NCBI GenBank assembly: GCA_964415365.1
Contig: CAYPYW010000004.1
Span: 23,658 to 87,657 of the forward strand
Direction of reading: 5' to 3'
Length of the DNA stretch: 64,000 nucleotides
Source: an uncultured Actinomycetota bacterium
GTDB taxonomy: Bacteria; Actinomycetota; Humimicrobiia; Humimicrobiales; Humimicrobiaceae
The notes beneath the pieces were generated by a model that searched no databases, had not been told where the DNA came from, and saw nothing but the letters and a program-made list of their open reading frames with translations. The position numbers and the translations under genes were made by a program. Shown piece by piece: positions 1-10,719 of this stretch. Position 1 is the stretch's first letter; each line of letters starts with the position of its first letter.

Positions 1-978
1 TTGCGCCCCAGACATATATCGGAATTTATAGGCCAGGAAAAAATAGTAGAAAATCTTTTGGTATTTATCAAATCCGCCAGAAAAAGAAAAGAGCCGTTGG
101 ACCACGTCATTCTATCAGGTCCGCCCGGTCTGGGCAAAACATGCCTTGGAGAGATAATTGCCAATGAATTAGGAGTCGGATTTAGAATTACTTCCGGTCC
201 GGCCATTGAAAGGGCAGGAGATCTGGCTGCTATATTGACTAATTTGGAGAAATTCGACGTGTTATTTGTTGATGAAATTCATAGGTTGAACAGGAGCGTG
301 GAAGAAATTTTATACCCTGCCATGGAGGACTATAAGCTGGATATAATAATAGGAAAGGGGCCTTCTGCAAAGTCGATCAGGATTGATATTGCACCTTTTA
401 CCATTATAGGTGCTACCACTAGAATTGGCCTGGTGGCTTCACCGCTCAGGGATAGATTTGGAGTAAATATAAGATTAGATTATTATGATAAAAAAAGCAT
501 TATTAAAATTATCAAAAGATCTGCATCCATACTTGGTATAGAGATAACTGAAAAAGGTGCCGAAATTATTGCCGGAAGGAGCAGGGGGACACCAAGAATT
601 GCAAATAGATTGCTGCGGAGAGTAAGAGATTATGCTCTGATGTCCAGCGACAGTATAATAGATGACGAGATAGCCGAAAAAGCTCTTGGTAGACTGGACA
701 TAGACAAGCTGGGTCTGGATGTGGTGGATAAAAAAATACTGAATACACTGGTCATAAAGTTTGATGGTGGTCCGGTAGGTGTAGGGACCATAGCAGCTTC
801 GATAGGCGAAGAAGTAAATACCATTGAAGATGTTTATGAACCATATCTTTTACAGTTAGGATTTGTAAAGAGGACTTCAAAGGGCAGAGTGGCCACAAAT
901 TTGGCTTTTAAATATATGGGAATAAAAAAAGAAACTGATCCCAAACTTTTTGATAACTTCCTGGAAAATGAAGACTGA
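1..978 (+). CDS. ruvB: Holliday junction branch migration helicase RuvB (probably 5'-truncated by the window edge)
   Basis: Walker A GPPGLGKT, Walker [40 protein letters not shown]. The TTG at position 1 is most likely the Leu of the conserved 'LRP' motif rather than the true start. Confidence 0.97.
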   Translation: MRPRHISEFIGQEKIVENLLVFIKSARKRKEPLDHVILSGPPGLGKTCLGEIIANELGVGFRITSGPAIERAGDLAAILTNLEKFDVLFVDEIHRLNRSVEEILYPAMEDYKLDIIIGKGPSAKSIRIDIAPFTIIGATTRIGLVASPLRDRFGVNIRLDYYDKKSIIKIIKRSASILGIEITEKGAEIIAGRSRGTPRIANRLLRRVRDYALMSSDSIIDDEIAEKALGRLDIDKLGLDVVDKKILNTLVIKFDGGPVGVGTIAASIGEEVNTIEDVYEPYLLQLGFVKRTSKGRVATNLAFKYMGIKKETDPKLFDNFLENED

Positions 979-1981
979 ATTATTTGATTACGAACTTCCT
1001 CAAAAATTCATAGCTCAAAGACCGCTTCCGCAAAGGGATGAATCTAAACTTTTAATACTTGAGAAACAAACCGGTAATATAAAGCATGATATTTTTTATA
1101 ATATTTACAGCTATTTTGATAATGGAGATGTTTTAGTAGTAAATGAGAGTAAAGTTACCCGCTGCAGGCTAAAGGGTAAAAAAGAGGGAACAGGAGCTAA
1201 TATTGAGTGCTTTGTTCTGAACAGATTAAAAGATAACCAGTATATGGTATTACTCAAACCTTCGAAACGAATTAAGCCTTTAGATAAGGTGACCATAGGT
1301 AAATATCATCTTACTGTTAAAACAAAATTGGATTATGGCGAAGCAATAGTGGAATTCAACTCACCTGCAGATGCTATTTTTAACGAATATGGCAGAATAC
1401 CGCTTCCTCCCTATATTAAATGCAGTGATATAGATGAGAGCTGTTATCAGACTATATATGCCAGTAGGGAAGGCTCTTCTGCTGCTCCTACTGCAGGACT
1501 CCATTTTTCAAGTGAATTAATAAGGAAATTGAAAGGCAAAGGTGTTATATTGGCAAAATTAGGTCTGGATATAGGTCTTGACACTTTCAGGCCTATCTCA
1601 GCAAGTGAAATAGAAGAACATGAAATGCACAGCGAGCATTATTATATCAGAGAATACGAAGCCAGAAAAATTAGGAGAGCAAAAGAACTGGGAAAAAGAA
1701 TCATTGCAGTAGGTACTACTACTGTTAGAGTCCTGGAAACCTTGATGTCCAAACATGGAAAGATAATAGGTGACGGCGGGATGACCGATATCTATATATA
1801 CCCAGGTTATGATTTCAGAGTAGTGGATTGGATGATTACTAATTTTCATCTGCCGAGATCAACTCTTCTGGTAATGGTATCTGCATTTGCGGGAAGAGAA
1901 AATATTTTAAATGCATATGAGAATGCAAAGCAAAATGGTTACAGATTTTATAGTTTTGGGGATTGCATGTTAATAAAATGA
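968..1981 (+). CDS. queA: S-adenosylmethionine:tRNA ribosyltransferase-isomerase QueA
   Basis: Typical N-terminus [16 protein letters not shown] (ATG at 968, in frame with the track ORF starting at 950), [35 protein letters not shown]. Confidence 0.97.
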   Translation: MKTELFDYELPQKFIAQRPLPQRDESKLLILEKQTGNIKHDIFYNIYSYFDNGDVLVVNESKVTRCRLKGKKEGTGANIECFVLNRLKDNQYMVLLKPSKRIKPLDKVTIGKYHLTVKTKLDYGEAIVEFNSPADAIFNEYGRIPLPPYIKCSDIDESCYQTIYASREGSSAAPTAGLHFSSELIRKLKGKGVILAKLGLDIGLDTFRPISASEIEEHEMHSEHYYIREYEARKIRRAKELGKRIIAVGTTTVRVLETLMSKHGKIIGDGGMTDIYIYPGYDFRVVDWMITNFHLPRSTLLVMVSAFAGRENILNAYENAKQNGYRFYSFGDCMLIK

Positions 1982-1987
1982 AGCTGC

Positions 1988-3832
1988 TCAGTCATCAAAA
2001 GAGAATTTTTTATCAGTTATGACTTTCAGGCAGGCTTTAGCTATTTCAGGATCGTAAAGCTTTCCTTTATTTTTCCGGATTTCATTAGCTGCTGCTTTAA
2101 TACCGAAAGCAGGTCTGTAGGGCCTATGTGAAGACATTGCTTCCACCACGTCTGCTACACCAATAATTTTTGATTCGAAAATTATATCTTTGCTTTTAAG
2201 GCCGTTAGGATAACCTGAACCATTCTCTCTTTCGTGGTGCTGTAATATGATTTTGGCTATCGGATAATGGAATTCAATTTTTTTAACAATGTCGAATCCC
2301 ACCTGTGGGTGAGTTTTTATCATATTGAATTCTATATCAGACAGTTTTCCTGGTTTTGACAGAATGGAGGCAGGTATATTTATTTTGCCTATATCATGGA
2401 TTTCTGCTGCAGTTCTTATGAATTCAATTTTTCCATCGCTAAGGTTTAATTCTTTGGCAATTTTTCCTGATAGCACAGCAACTCTTTTCTGATGTCCGGC
2501 TGTGTAAGGATCTCTTGTCTCTACTATCAATGCAAGGGTACTTATAGTGTCGTCTAATGTTTTTTTCAGTTCTTCATATGCTTTTTTTCTTTCTGTGATA
2601 TCTATGAAGTTGATTAATAAATATTTTAGTTTTCCATTGATTCTTAGTGGTGATGATGTAAGTTCAACCCAAAACCTTTGGCCACTTTTGTTTATAAGCA
2701 TAAGTTCAGGAATATTCATATCGTTTTTTATGGCATAACTTAATTTTTTCATACAGCTATCTATCATTTCTTTAGGCCAGTACGGGTAAGGAGGTTTAAG
2801 GCCAATAGTTTCTTTTAAGGAAAAACCGGTAATTTTCTCCAGTGCTGGGTTGACATACCTGATTGACTTATCCGGGTTTATAACAAGAGTAGGACTTGGA
2901 GAATTTTCAAGAATAGTTTTATTAAACTCTTCACTGTCTCTCAATTTCTCTTCGATATTTATACGCTCGGTTATGTCTGTTATTATCACCTGAATTCCTG
3001 CGATTCTTTTATTTTTTTTAATTACGGAGGTACGAACTTCTCCAGTAAATAATCTACCATTTTTACGTTTCCAGTTGATGAGCAAAGGCTTTAATTTTTT
3101 ACCGAGTAAAAGTCTTGTATAGACTTTAATATATTGAGGCATATCTTTAATTGAAAGAAATTTCAATTTTGTAAAATGCGTACCCAGAAGTTCCTGTTTT
3201 TTAAAACCTGTAAAATCTGTTACTATATCGCTTATATTTGTTACAAATCCCTTATTGTTTACGATAACAATTCCGACTGGAGATGTTTCAAAAAGAAATC
3301 TATATTTTTTCTCACTTTCTTTTAGGGCTTCTTCTACCTGTTTTATAGCTGTTGTATCTATTATGAACCCCTCGAGTAGTTGTAAATTATGATTGGGCAG
3401 TGGGAGAAATTGTCCGATTTCTGAAACCCATTTTATTTTGTTTTCTGCAGTAATTATCCGGTATTCAAGATGGAATTGTTTCAGTTTTCTTATTGCTTTT
3501 TCTACATTATCTCTCACCATTTTTCTGTCTTCAGGGTGAATAATTCTTTCATAAGAGATTTTATTATTTAATATTAAATCTGAAGGTTTATATCCAGTCA
3601 GCTGGAAGCATCCTTTACTGACAAATTCCATAGTCCAGTTATTGTCATTTCTGCAGCAATAAACCAGACCGGGAAGTTCGTTTATCATCGGGGAATAGAA
3701 GAGTTCATTTTCTTTTATAATTTTTTTTATATATCTATCTTTATCTCTTGTTTTTTCCAGCCTTAAGAGATCTTTGTGCAGTTTCGTACGTAACTTTGCA
3801 AATTCATCTAATGATTTTGTTTTTATTGTCAT
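1988..3832 (-). CDS. Three-PAS-domain HD-GYP cyclic-dinucleotide phosphodiesterase
   Basis: Three PAS-like repeats (..IIHPEDR.., ..TDITER.., ..IDITERK) followed by an HD-GYP domain: RDPYTAGHQKRV, HDIGKI, HHERENGSGYP, VADVVEAMSSHRPYR. Confidence 0.92.
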   Translation of the reverse strand: MTIKTKSLDEFAKLRTKLHKDLLRLEKTRDKDRYIKKIIKENELFYSPMINELPGLVYCCRNDNNWTMEFVSKGCFQLTGYKPSDLILNNKISYERIIHPEDRKMVRDNVEKAIRKLKQFHLEYRIITAENKIKWVSEIGQFLPLPNHNLQLLEGFIIDTTAIKQVEEALKESEKKYRFLFETSPVGIVIVNNKGFVTNISDIVTDFTGFKKQELLGTHFTKLKFLSIKDMPQYIKVYTRLLLGKKLKPLLINWKRKNGRLFTGEVRTSVIKKNKRIAGIQVIITDITERINIEEKLRDSEEFNKTILENSPSPTLVINPDKSIRYVNPALEKITGFSLKETIGLKPPYPYWPKEMIDSCMKKLSYAIKNDMNIPELMLINKSGQRFWVELTSSPLRINGKLKYLLINFIDITERKKAYEELKKTLDDTISTLALIVETRDPYTAGHQKRVAVLSGKIAKELNLSDGKIEFIRTAAEIHDIGKINIPASILSKPGKLSDIEFNMIKTHPQVGFDIVKKIEFHYPIAKIILQHHERENGSGYPNGLKSKDIIFESKIIGVADVVEAMSSHRPYRPAFGIKAAANEIRKNKGKLYDPEIAKACLKVITDKKFSFDD

Positions 3833-4155
3833 TTTTTATGGAGATTTTATTATTTTAAAAAGTTTCATCCTTTTATCTCTGGTTTTAATATCCAAATTGA
3901 ATATAATTGCATTCTACCATAATTTTAAAAATCATAAAGAATACAGAAATTTGGTATACTTTTTATATTTCTTATATTAATTTATAAAACTGACGTGGTA
4001 TGATATTAAAAAAAGCTTTGAATATACACTTACCGGAATATCTGTTACTATCAAAAGGAGAAGATATGGAATACTTATTTTTTCTCAAGATACTGATTCT
4101 GTGACCAGCGAACATGGAATCGTGGAAGAGATATGAGTTAGCTTGGAGGTAAAAT

Positions 4156-4680
4156 TTGGTTGATACATTAATATGGTCATTAGTTATCTTTGCTGCCAGG
4201 ATCGTTGACGTTAGCCTGGGCACCATTAGAGTTAATATGATAGTAAGAAGGAAGAAAATCGTTGCTGCCCTGATAGGTTTTGTTGAAGTCACTATATTTA
4301 TATCAATCATAGTCAGGATAATTAAAAATGTTGACAATATTTATGGAATACTTGCTTATGGCGCTGGCTTTGCTGTAGGGACGGTCATAGGTATTTTAAT
4401 ATCGGAAAAATTATCCCGTGATCTCGTAAGTACGAATATTATTTCCAGAGAACATAATGAGGAAATAAAAAAGTTGCTTCTGAAAGAGGATTTCGGTTTC
4501 ACCTGTTATAAAGGTGCTGGAAGACAGGGCGAAGTAGAAATTATTAATGTAGTGTGCAGTCACGTGAGTCTTCCAAGGCTGAATAAATTAATACATGGCC
4601 AGGATCCAGGCGCTTTTGTAGTAAGCTATATGCTGGACAAGATCAGGGGAGGATTTATCAGAGGATTGAAGAGGAAGTAA
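4156..4680 (+). CDS. DUF5698/DUF2179 (UPF0316/YebE-like) membrane protein, copy A
   Basis: Hydrophobic N-terminal half with RIVDVSLGTIR, GFVE and YGAGFAVG motifs; soluble C-terminus with GFTCYKGAG and a terminal GGF. RBS GGAGGT 5 nt before the TTG. Confidence 0.8.
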   Translation: MVDTLIWSLVIFAARIVDVSLGTIRVNMIVRRKKIVAALIGFVEVTIFISIIVRIIKNVDNIYGILAYGAGFAVGTVIGILISEKLSRDLVSTNIISREHNEEIKKLLLKEDFGFTCYKGAGRQGEVEIINVVCSHVSLPRLNKLIHGQDPGAFVVSYMLDKIRGGFIRGLKRK

Positions 4681-4794
4681 CCAGATATACAAAGATTTAA
4701 GTCCGGATCGGAAAATTTTTGTTTTACTATTCTTTGCAATGAGAATAAAATATCTTTCGATTTCCAATAATTTATAAGCAAAATAATTGATTAG

Positions 4795-5889
4795 ATGAAA
4801 AATATAGATTATATAAATATTATTAATTATTCAATCAGAAATAACTATGGCAATATAATAAGAGTTTTTAGGGGAAGGATCTCATTTTCTTACCTGTTTT
4901 TCTTTTTAAAAATAATGCTCTACCAGAGGAAGGCCATAAAATTAAGAGCATACTGGGAAAAGAAAGGAATCCACGTTCCTCCACTTATGATCGCCAGTGT
5001 AACTAAGAGATGTAATCTTAAATGTAGAGGATGTTATGTACAGGTTAATACTTTATTACGTTCCGGTGAAATTAAGGAAGAACGATGGTTAGAGATAATT
5101 AAGGAAGCCAGGGATCTCGGCATGTCATTTGTTATACTGGCTGGCGGTGAGCCTCTGGTAAGGCCGGAATTATTAGATATAACAGAAAAATTCCCGGAGA
5201 TTGTTTTCCTTTTGTTTACCAATGCCCAGCTAATAAATGAAGATATAATAGTTAGTTTTAAAAAACAAAAGAATTTACTGCCTATAATTAGTATAGAGGG
5301 TTCCAGAGTAGAAACTAATCGTAGGAGAGGTGAGGGTGTATATGAAAAAATTCAGGAGGTAATAACCGCGTTAAATTCAAATGGTATTCCTTTTGGTATT
5401 TCTGCCACAGTGACAAATGAGAATTTTGACACCCTGACCGGTGAGAATTTTATAAGATATTTTATAGATAATAGATGTAATGTCTTTTTCTTTTTAGAAT
5501 ATGTGCCTGTAGAAAAAGGAACCGAATATCTGGTTATTGATAATAACAGAAGAAAAGAATTACTAAATTTGATGTCCAAATTTGAATCCAGGTATCCCGG
5601 TCTTTTCATTGCATTTCCAGGAAATGAAGAAAAGTTTGGCGGCTGTCTCTCTGCCGGAAGAGGCTTTGTTCATATCAGCCCCGAGGGGAATCTTGAGCCC
5701 TGCCCGGTTGCGCCCTATTCAGATACTAATTTAAATGTTACATCCCTGAAGGATGCTTTAAAATCAAACTTACTGAAGCTAATCCGGGAAGATCGCGATA
5801 AATTAAGTGAAACCAGCAGTGGATGTGCTCTCTGGAATAACAGGGATTGGGTTAGATCACTGCTATTATCAAAGATCCCCGAGCCTTAA
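4795..5889 (+). CDS. Radical SAM protein with twitch/SPASM-like C-terminal cysteines
   Basis: CxxxCxxC (CNLKCRGC), GGEP, and C-terminal GCLSAGRGFVHISPEGNLEPCP plus a late GCALW. Confidence 0.88.
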   Translation: MKNIDYINIINYSIRNNYGNIIRVFRGRISFSYLFFFLKIMLYQRKAIKLRAYWEKKGIHVPPLMIASVTKRCNLKCRGCYVQVNTLLRSGEIKEERWLEIIKEARDLGMSFVILAGGEPLVRPELLDITEKFPEIVFLLFTNAQLINEDIIVSFKKQKNLLPIISIEGSRVETNRRRGEGVYEKIQEVITALNSNGIPFGISATVTNENFDTLTGENFIRYFIDNRCNVFFFLEYVPVEKGTEYLVIDNNRRKELLNLMSKFESRYPGLFIAFPGNEEKFGGCLSAGRGFVHISPEGNLEPCPVAPYSDTNLNVTSLKDALKSNLLKLIREDRDKLSETSSGCALWNNRDWVRSLLLSKIPEP

Positions 5890-5898
5890 AAATTTTTA

Positions 5899-5926
5899 TT
5901 TACAAATGAAATAAAAGTATTAAGAT
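5899..5926 (+). promoter_or_regulatory. Candidate sigma70-type promoter for the methyltransferase/ATP-grasp gene
   Basis: TTTACA-N16-TAAGAT about 46 nt upstream of the ATG. The region is AT-rich, so a chance match is possible. Confidence 0.3.
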
Positions 5927-5972
5927 AAGGAAAAAATTAAATAAATATTAATCTAAAGAAGGGGTGCAATAA

Positions 5973-7946
5973 ATGAAAGGAGATTCATCAAGTTGCGAAC
6001 CTCCTCAAAAGGGTATCAATTCAAATTCCTCCTATAAAAAGACCATTGGTCCGATATCAAATCTGGAAGAGCATTTAAAGCCTGATTGGTGGAAAAATAT
6101 TTTCAACTCAAATTATTTAAAAACTGATGGCGATGTTGTAGATGACAAACAGATTACCAAAAAAGAAGTAGACTTATTTATAAAGATTTTAAATTTATCC
6201 CCGGAAGACAAAATACTTGATTTATGTTGTGGGCAGGGACGACATTGTATTGAACTGGCAAACAGAGGATTCAAGTATGTCGAAGGACTGGATCGATCCC
6301 ATTACTTGATTCAAAGGGCAAAAAAAGAAAGCTTAATGATTAAATTCAGAGAGGGTGACGCAAGAAAGCTGCCTTATTCTCCAGACACATTTGATGTAGT
6401 AATGATTCTGGGTAATAGTTTTGGGTATTTTGAGACTTCCAAGGAAGATATGATGGTACTTAAAGAAGTCTTAAGAGTACTAAAGCCCTGGGGGCGTTTT
6501 TTGATTGATTTGTCTGATGGAGAATATTTAAAGGAAAATCTTAAACCCAGGTCATGGGAGTGGATAGATAAAAAATATTTTGTCTGCCGTGAACGCTCAC
6601 TGTCTTTTGACAAAACCCGTTTAATTTCAAGGGAGATAATAAGTGATGTTGATAATGGAGTGGTGGCAGATCAATTTTATGCAGAGAGACTTTATACTCA
6701 GGAAGAAATAATCGAATTCTTGAAACAAGCAGGATTCAGTAATATTACTTCAAATGGTACAATAACACCGGATTCAAAAAGAAATCAGGATCTGGGCATG
6801 ACCGAAAGAAGAATTATCGTTTCTGCTATTGCAAAGAAGGAATGGTCGCCTGTAAAAGTAAAAAAACCTCATTTAAAAAATGTTACAGTTCTATTAGGTG
6901 ATCCCAACAGAATCGATATCCTGAAACCATTCTACATGTTTGATGACGATGATCTGTATACTATTGATCAACTAAAGGATTCTTTGAGAGATATCGAAAA
7001 AAACTATAATTACAAGTTTTATTATCTTGATAACCATGAGACTATGATTAGGGATCTTATTAAAATGCAGGAAAAAGGAAAGATTGATTATGTGCTCAAT
7101 CTTTGTGATGAGGGATACTTCAATGATGCAAGAAGAGAACTTCATGTCCCCGCTTTACTGGAAATCCTGGGGATCTCATATACTGGTTCAGAGCCACAAT
7201 GTCTTGCTCATTGTTACGATAAATCACTGGTAAGAGGTATTGCAGAAGAAATGGGAATCCCTACTCCACAGGCTTTTTTTATAAAGTCAGGAGATACCTC
7301 ATTCGAGGTTCCTTTTGATTTTCCAATGATTATTAAACCGAATTTCGGTGATTCAAGTTTTGGCATAACTCAGAGGAACGTGGTTTATAATATTGAGAAA
7401 ATTTTAAACGTAATTTCAGAGATCAGAGATAAACTTGGATATGACAAGCCAATCCTGATTGAAGAATTTCTTTCAGGTAAGGATTTAAGTGTGGGAATAA
7501 TTGGGAATTTTCCTGACTCCTATACAGTTCTACCAATAATTGAAGAGGATTACTCAGAGCTGCCACCTGACCTTCCCAGGATTTGTGGTTATGAGGCAAA
7601 ATGGCTGCAGGATTCACCTTACTGGAAAATTAAATCTATTCCTGCTGAGTTACCTGTGGAAACAGAACGATTTATTACTGATTGCTCGCTAAAATTATTT
7701 GAAAGACTGGGATGCAGAGATTATGCACGCCTGGACTGGAGATTAACATCAAAAGGGAAGCCCAAGTTATTAGAAGTTAATCCTAATCCCGGATGGTGCT
7801 GGGATGGCCATTTAGCTAAGATGTCTAAAATTAGAGGCATATCGTATAGTGAAATGCTTCTAATGATTTTGAAAGAGTCCGAGAAAAGGTTCAAATCCTT
7901 AGAAAAGATCGATTCACTAAATTCGGTAAAGTCAGTAGTGGAATAG
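5973..7946 (+). CDS. Class I SAM methyltransferase fused to a D-Ala-D-Ala-ligase-like ATP-grasp domain
   Basis: N-terminal half: ILDLCCGQGRH, GLDRS, GDAR, FDVV..LGNSFGYF. C-terminal half: ALLEILGISYTGS, CYDK, IIKPNFGDSSFGI, LIEEFLSG, YARLDWR, LEVNPNPG. Confidence 0.85.
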   Translation: MKGDSSSCEPPQKGINSNSSYKKTIGPISNLEEHLKPDWWKNIFNSNYLKTDGDVVDDKQITKKEVDLFIKILNLSPEDKILDLCCGQGRHCIELANRGFKYVEGLDRSHYLIQRAKKESLMIKFREGDARKLPYSPDTFDVVMILGNSFGYFETSKEDMMVLKEVLRVLKPWGRFLIDLSDGEYLKENLKPRSWEWIDKKYFVCRERSLSFDKTRLISREIISDVDNGVVADQFYAERLYTQEEIIEFLKQAGFSNITSNGTITPDSKRNQDLGMTERRIIVSAIAKKEWSPVKVKKPHLKNVTVLLGDPNRIDILKPFYMFDDDDLYTIDQLKDSLRDIEKNYNYKFYYLDNHETMIRDLIKMQEKGKIDYVLNLCDEGYFNDARRELHVPALLEILGISYTGSEPQCLAHCYDKSLVRGIAEEMGIPTPQAFFIKSGDTSFEVPFDFPMIIKPNFGDSSFGITQRNVVYNIEKILNVISEIRDKLGYDKPILIEEFLSGKDLSVGIIGNFPDSYTVLPIIEEDYSELPPDLPRICGYEAKWLQDSPYWKIKSIPAELPVETERFITDCSLKLFERLGCRDYARLDWRLTSKGKPKLLEVNPNPGWCWDGHLAKMSKIRGISYSEMLLMILKESEKRFKSLEKIDSLNSVKSVVE

Positions 7947-7955
7947 ATGTCAGCA

Positions 7956-8492
7956 TCATATTCTGCTCTTAATATCATAAATAAAACCGCCGCTCAATCC
8001 TTCAAGAGAATGACTGGTGACTAAAACTTTCGTATCTATTTTTTTTACGAATGATTTTAATTCATCAAAATTATTTCTTTTGCAAATTATGTTGAGCACC
8101 TTTATATTACCGTCTTTTCCACTGCCATAATAGCAGGTTACGCCAAAACCTTTCTCACGCAGGGAATCTTCGATCTCCTCACTATGGAATCTGGAAAAAA
8201 TGTTAATACTCAATACATCCTTACTTATTAATTGTGATATATGCATTCCCACATATAGACCCAGAGCAAACCCGGCAGCATAGGACAAAATTATATAAAT
8301 ATTTATTCCCTCTTTAACGGCATTGGATATAACTAATATAGCAATTGTCAGAGCTATTACGGATTCAAAAAAACCTATTGTTATAGTCAATGCTTTTTTA
8401 TTTTTGACCATTAAGATCAGCCTGACAGTGCCAAAAAGTACCTGTACAAGAATGGATATAAAAATAACTATAGCCCAGATTAAAACATTCAT
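7956..8492 (-). CDS. DUF5698/DUF2179 membrane protein, copy B (diverged)
   Basis: Aligns by eye along its whole length with 4156..4680 (GTVR, IGFFE, YAAGFALG, GFGVTCYYGSG, GGFI). Confidence 0.78.
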   Translation of the reverse strand: MNVLIWAIVIFISILVQVLFGTVRLILMVKNKKALTITIGFFESVIALTIAILVISNAVKEGINIYIILSYAAGFALGLYVGMHISQLISKDVLSINIFSRFHSEEIEDSLREKGFGVTCYYGSGKDGNIKVLNIICKRNNFDELKSFVKKIDTKVLVTSHSLEGLSGGFIYDIKSRI

Positions 8493-8719
8493 TTTTTATG
8501 GAATTTCCTTTCGTTAGTATTGTTATCTATAAATTACCAGCATTGATATTTTTCTAATTGGCATATGGTACTACTAAATTTTAAGAATACACTATATCAT
8601 ATAATATACTGTAAAAGAAATAATTTTTTGCGCTAATACGATGTGGAATAAAACCAGAATTATGCTATCTGGATAAGAACACATTGAGAGTGGAAAAATT
8701 TATAAAAAGGAGAAATGTG

Positions 8720-9460
8720 ATGGTAAATCAAGAGAAAGTTAAAATTTGTCAGTTATGTAAAAAACACAAGAAAAAAAGTGAATTAATTCCTCTGGAATTA
8801 GTAGATTCTGCGTTGCTGGAATTTATTAAAGAGAAGTATCCCGAATGTTCCGACGAAGGGTATATATGCAGAACTGACCTTAATCAAGTAAGGTTAAAAT
8901 ATGTTGAAGAGGTTTTAAGGAAGGAAAAGGGAGAAATTACAGCACTTGAAGAAAAAGTATTTGACAGCATAAAGGAACAAGAAACGATTACCAGGAATGT
9001 AAATATTGATTTTGAGGAACAATTAACCTTTGGACAGAAACTGTCAGATAAACTTGCAAATTTTGGTGGTAGCTGGAAATTTATAATGATTTTCTTTGCA
9101 ATTATCATAATCTGGATGGTTGTGAATTCGGTAAGCCTTATCGGAAAAAGTTTTGACCCTTATCCTTATATACTTTTAAATTTAATACTTTCCTGCTTGG
9201 CTGCGGTGCAAGCGCCAATAATAATGATGAGTCAGAACAGGCAGGAAGCCAAGGACAGGCTAAGGTCACGGAATGATTATATTGTAAATTTGAAAGCTGA
9301 GCTCGAGATAAAAAGCTTAAATGAAAAGATAGAGAATTTACTGGTATATCAGTGGCAAAGGTTAATGGAAATACAAAAAATACAGACTGATATAATGAAT
9401 GAATTATCAGAAAAAAACAGCAGAAGAAATCCTCAGGATAGGCAAGGCAGTAAAAAATAA
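8720..9460 (+). CDS. DUF1003-family membrane protein
   Basis: TFGQKLSDKLANFGGSWKFI, FDPYPYILLNLILSCLAAVQAPIIMMSQNRQ, coiled-coil tail. RBS AGGAG 7 nt before ATG 8720 (the track starts at 8684). Confidence 0.85.
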   Translation: MVNQEKVKICQLCKKHKKKSELIPLELVDSALLEFIKEKYPECSDEGYICRTDLNQVRLKYVEEVLRKEKGEITALEEKVFDSIKEQETITRNVNIDFEEQLTFGQKLSDKLANFGGSWKFIMIFFAIIIIWMVVNSVSLIGKSFDPYPYILLNLILSCLAAVQAPIIMMSQNRQEAKDRLRSRNDYIVNLKAELEIKSLNEKIENLLVYQWQRLMEIQKIQTDIMNELSEKNSRRNPQDRQGSKK

Positions 9461-9495
9461 TGTTTTAAATGTTAACATATGAAAATTATATATAA

Positions 9496-10632
<1,137 letters not shown>

Positions 10633-10719
10633 AGATAATTATCTATTTGCAAAATTTTAAAAAAAGTTAATAATAGTGATATTTGATTTTGAAAAAGACT
10701 ATTTTTTTAAGGAGTGATT

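Noticed and set aside
3774-4337. ORFs 3774..3980 (+) and 3972..4337 (-)
   Set aside because: Both overlap better-supported genes on the opposite strand and have no recognisable motifs.
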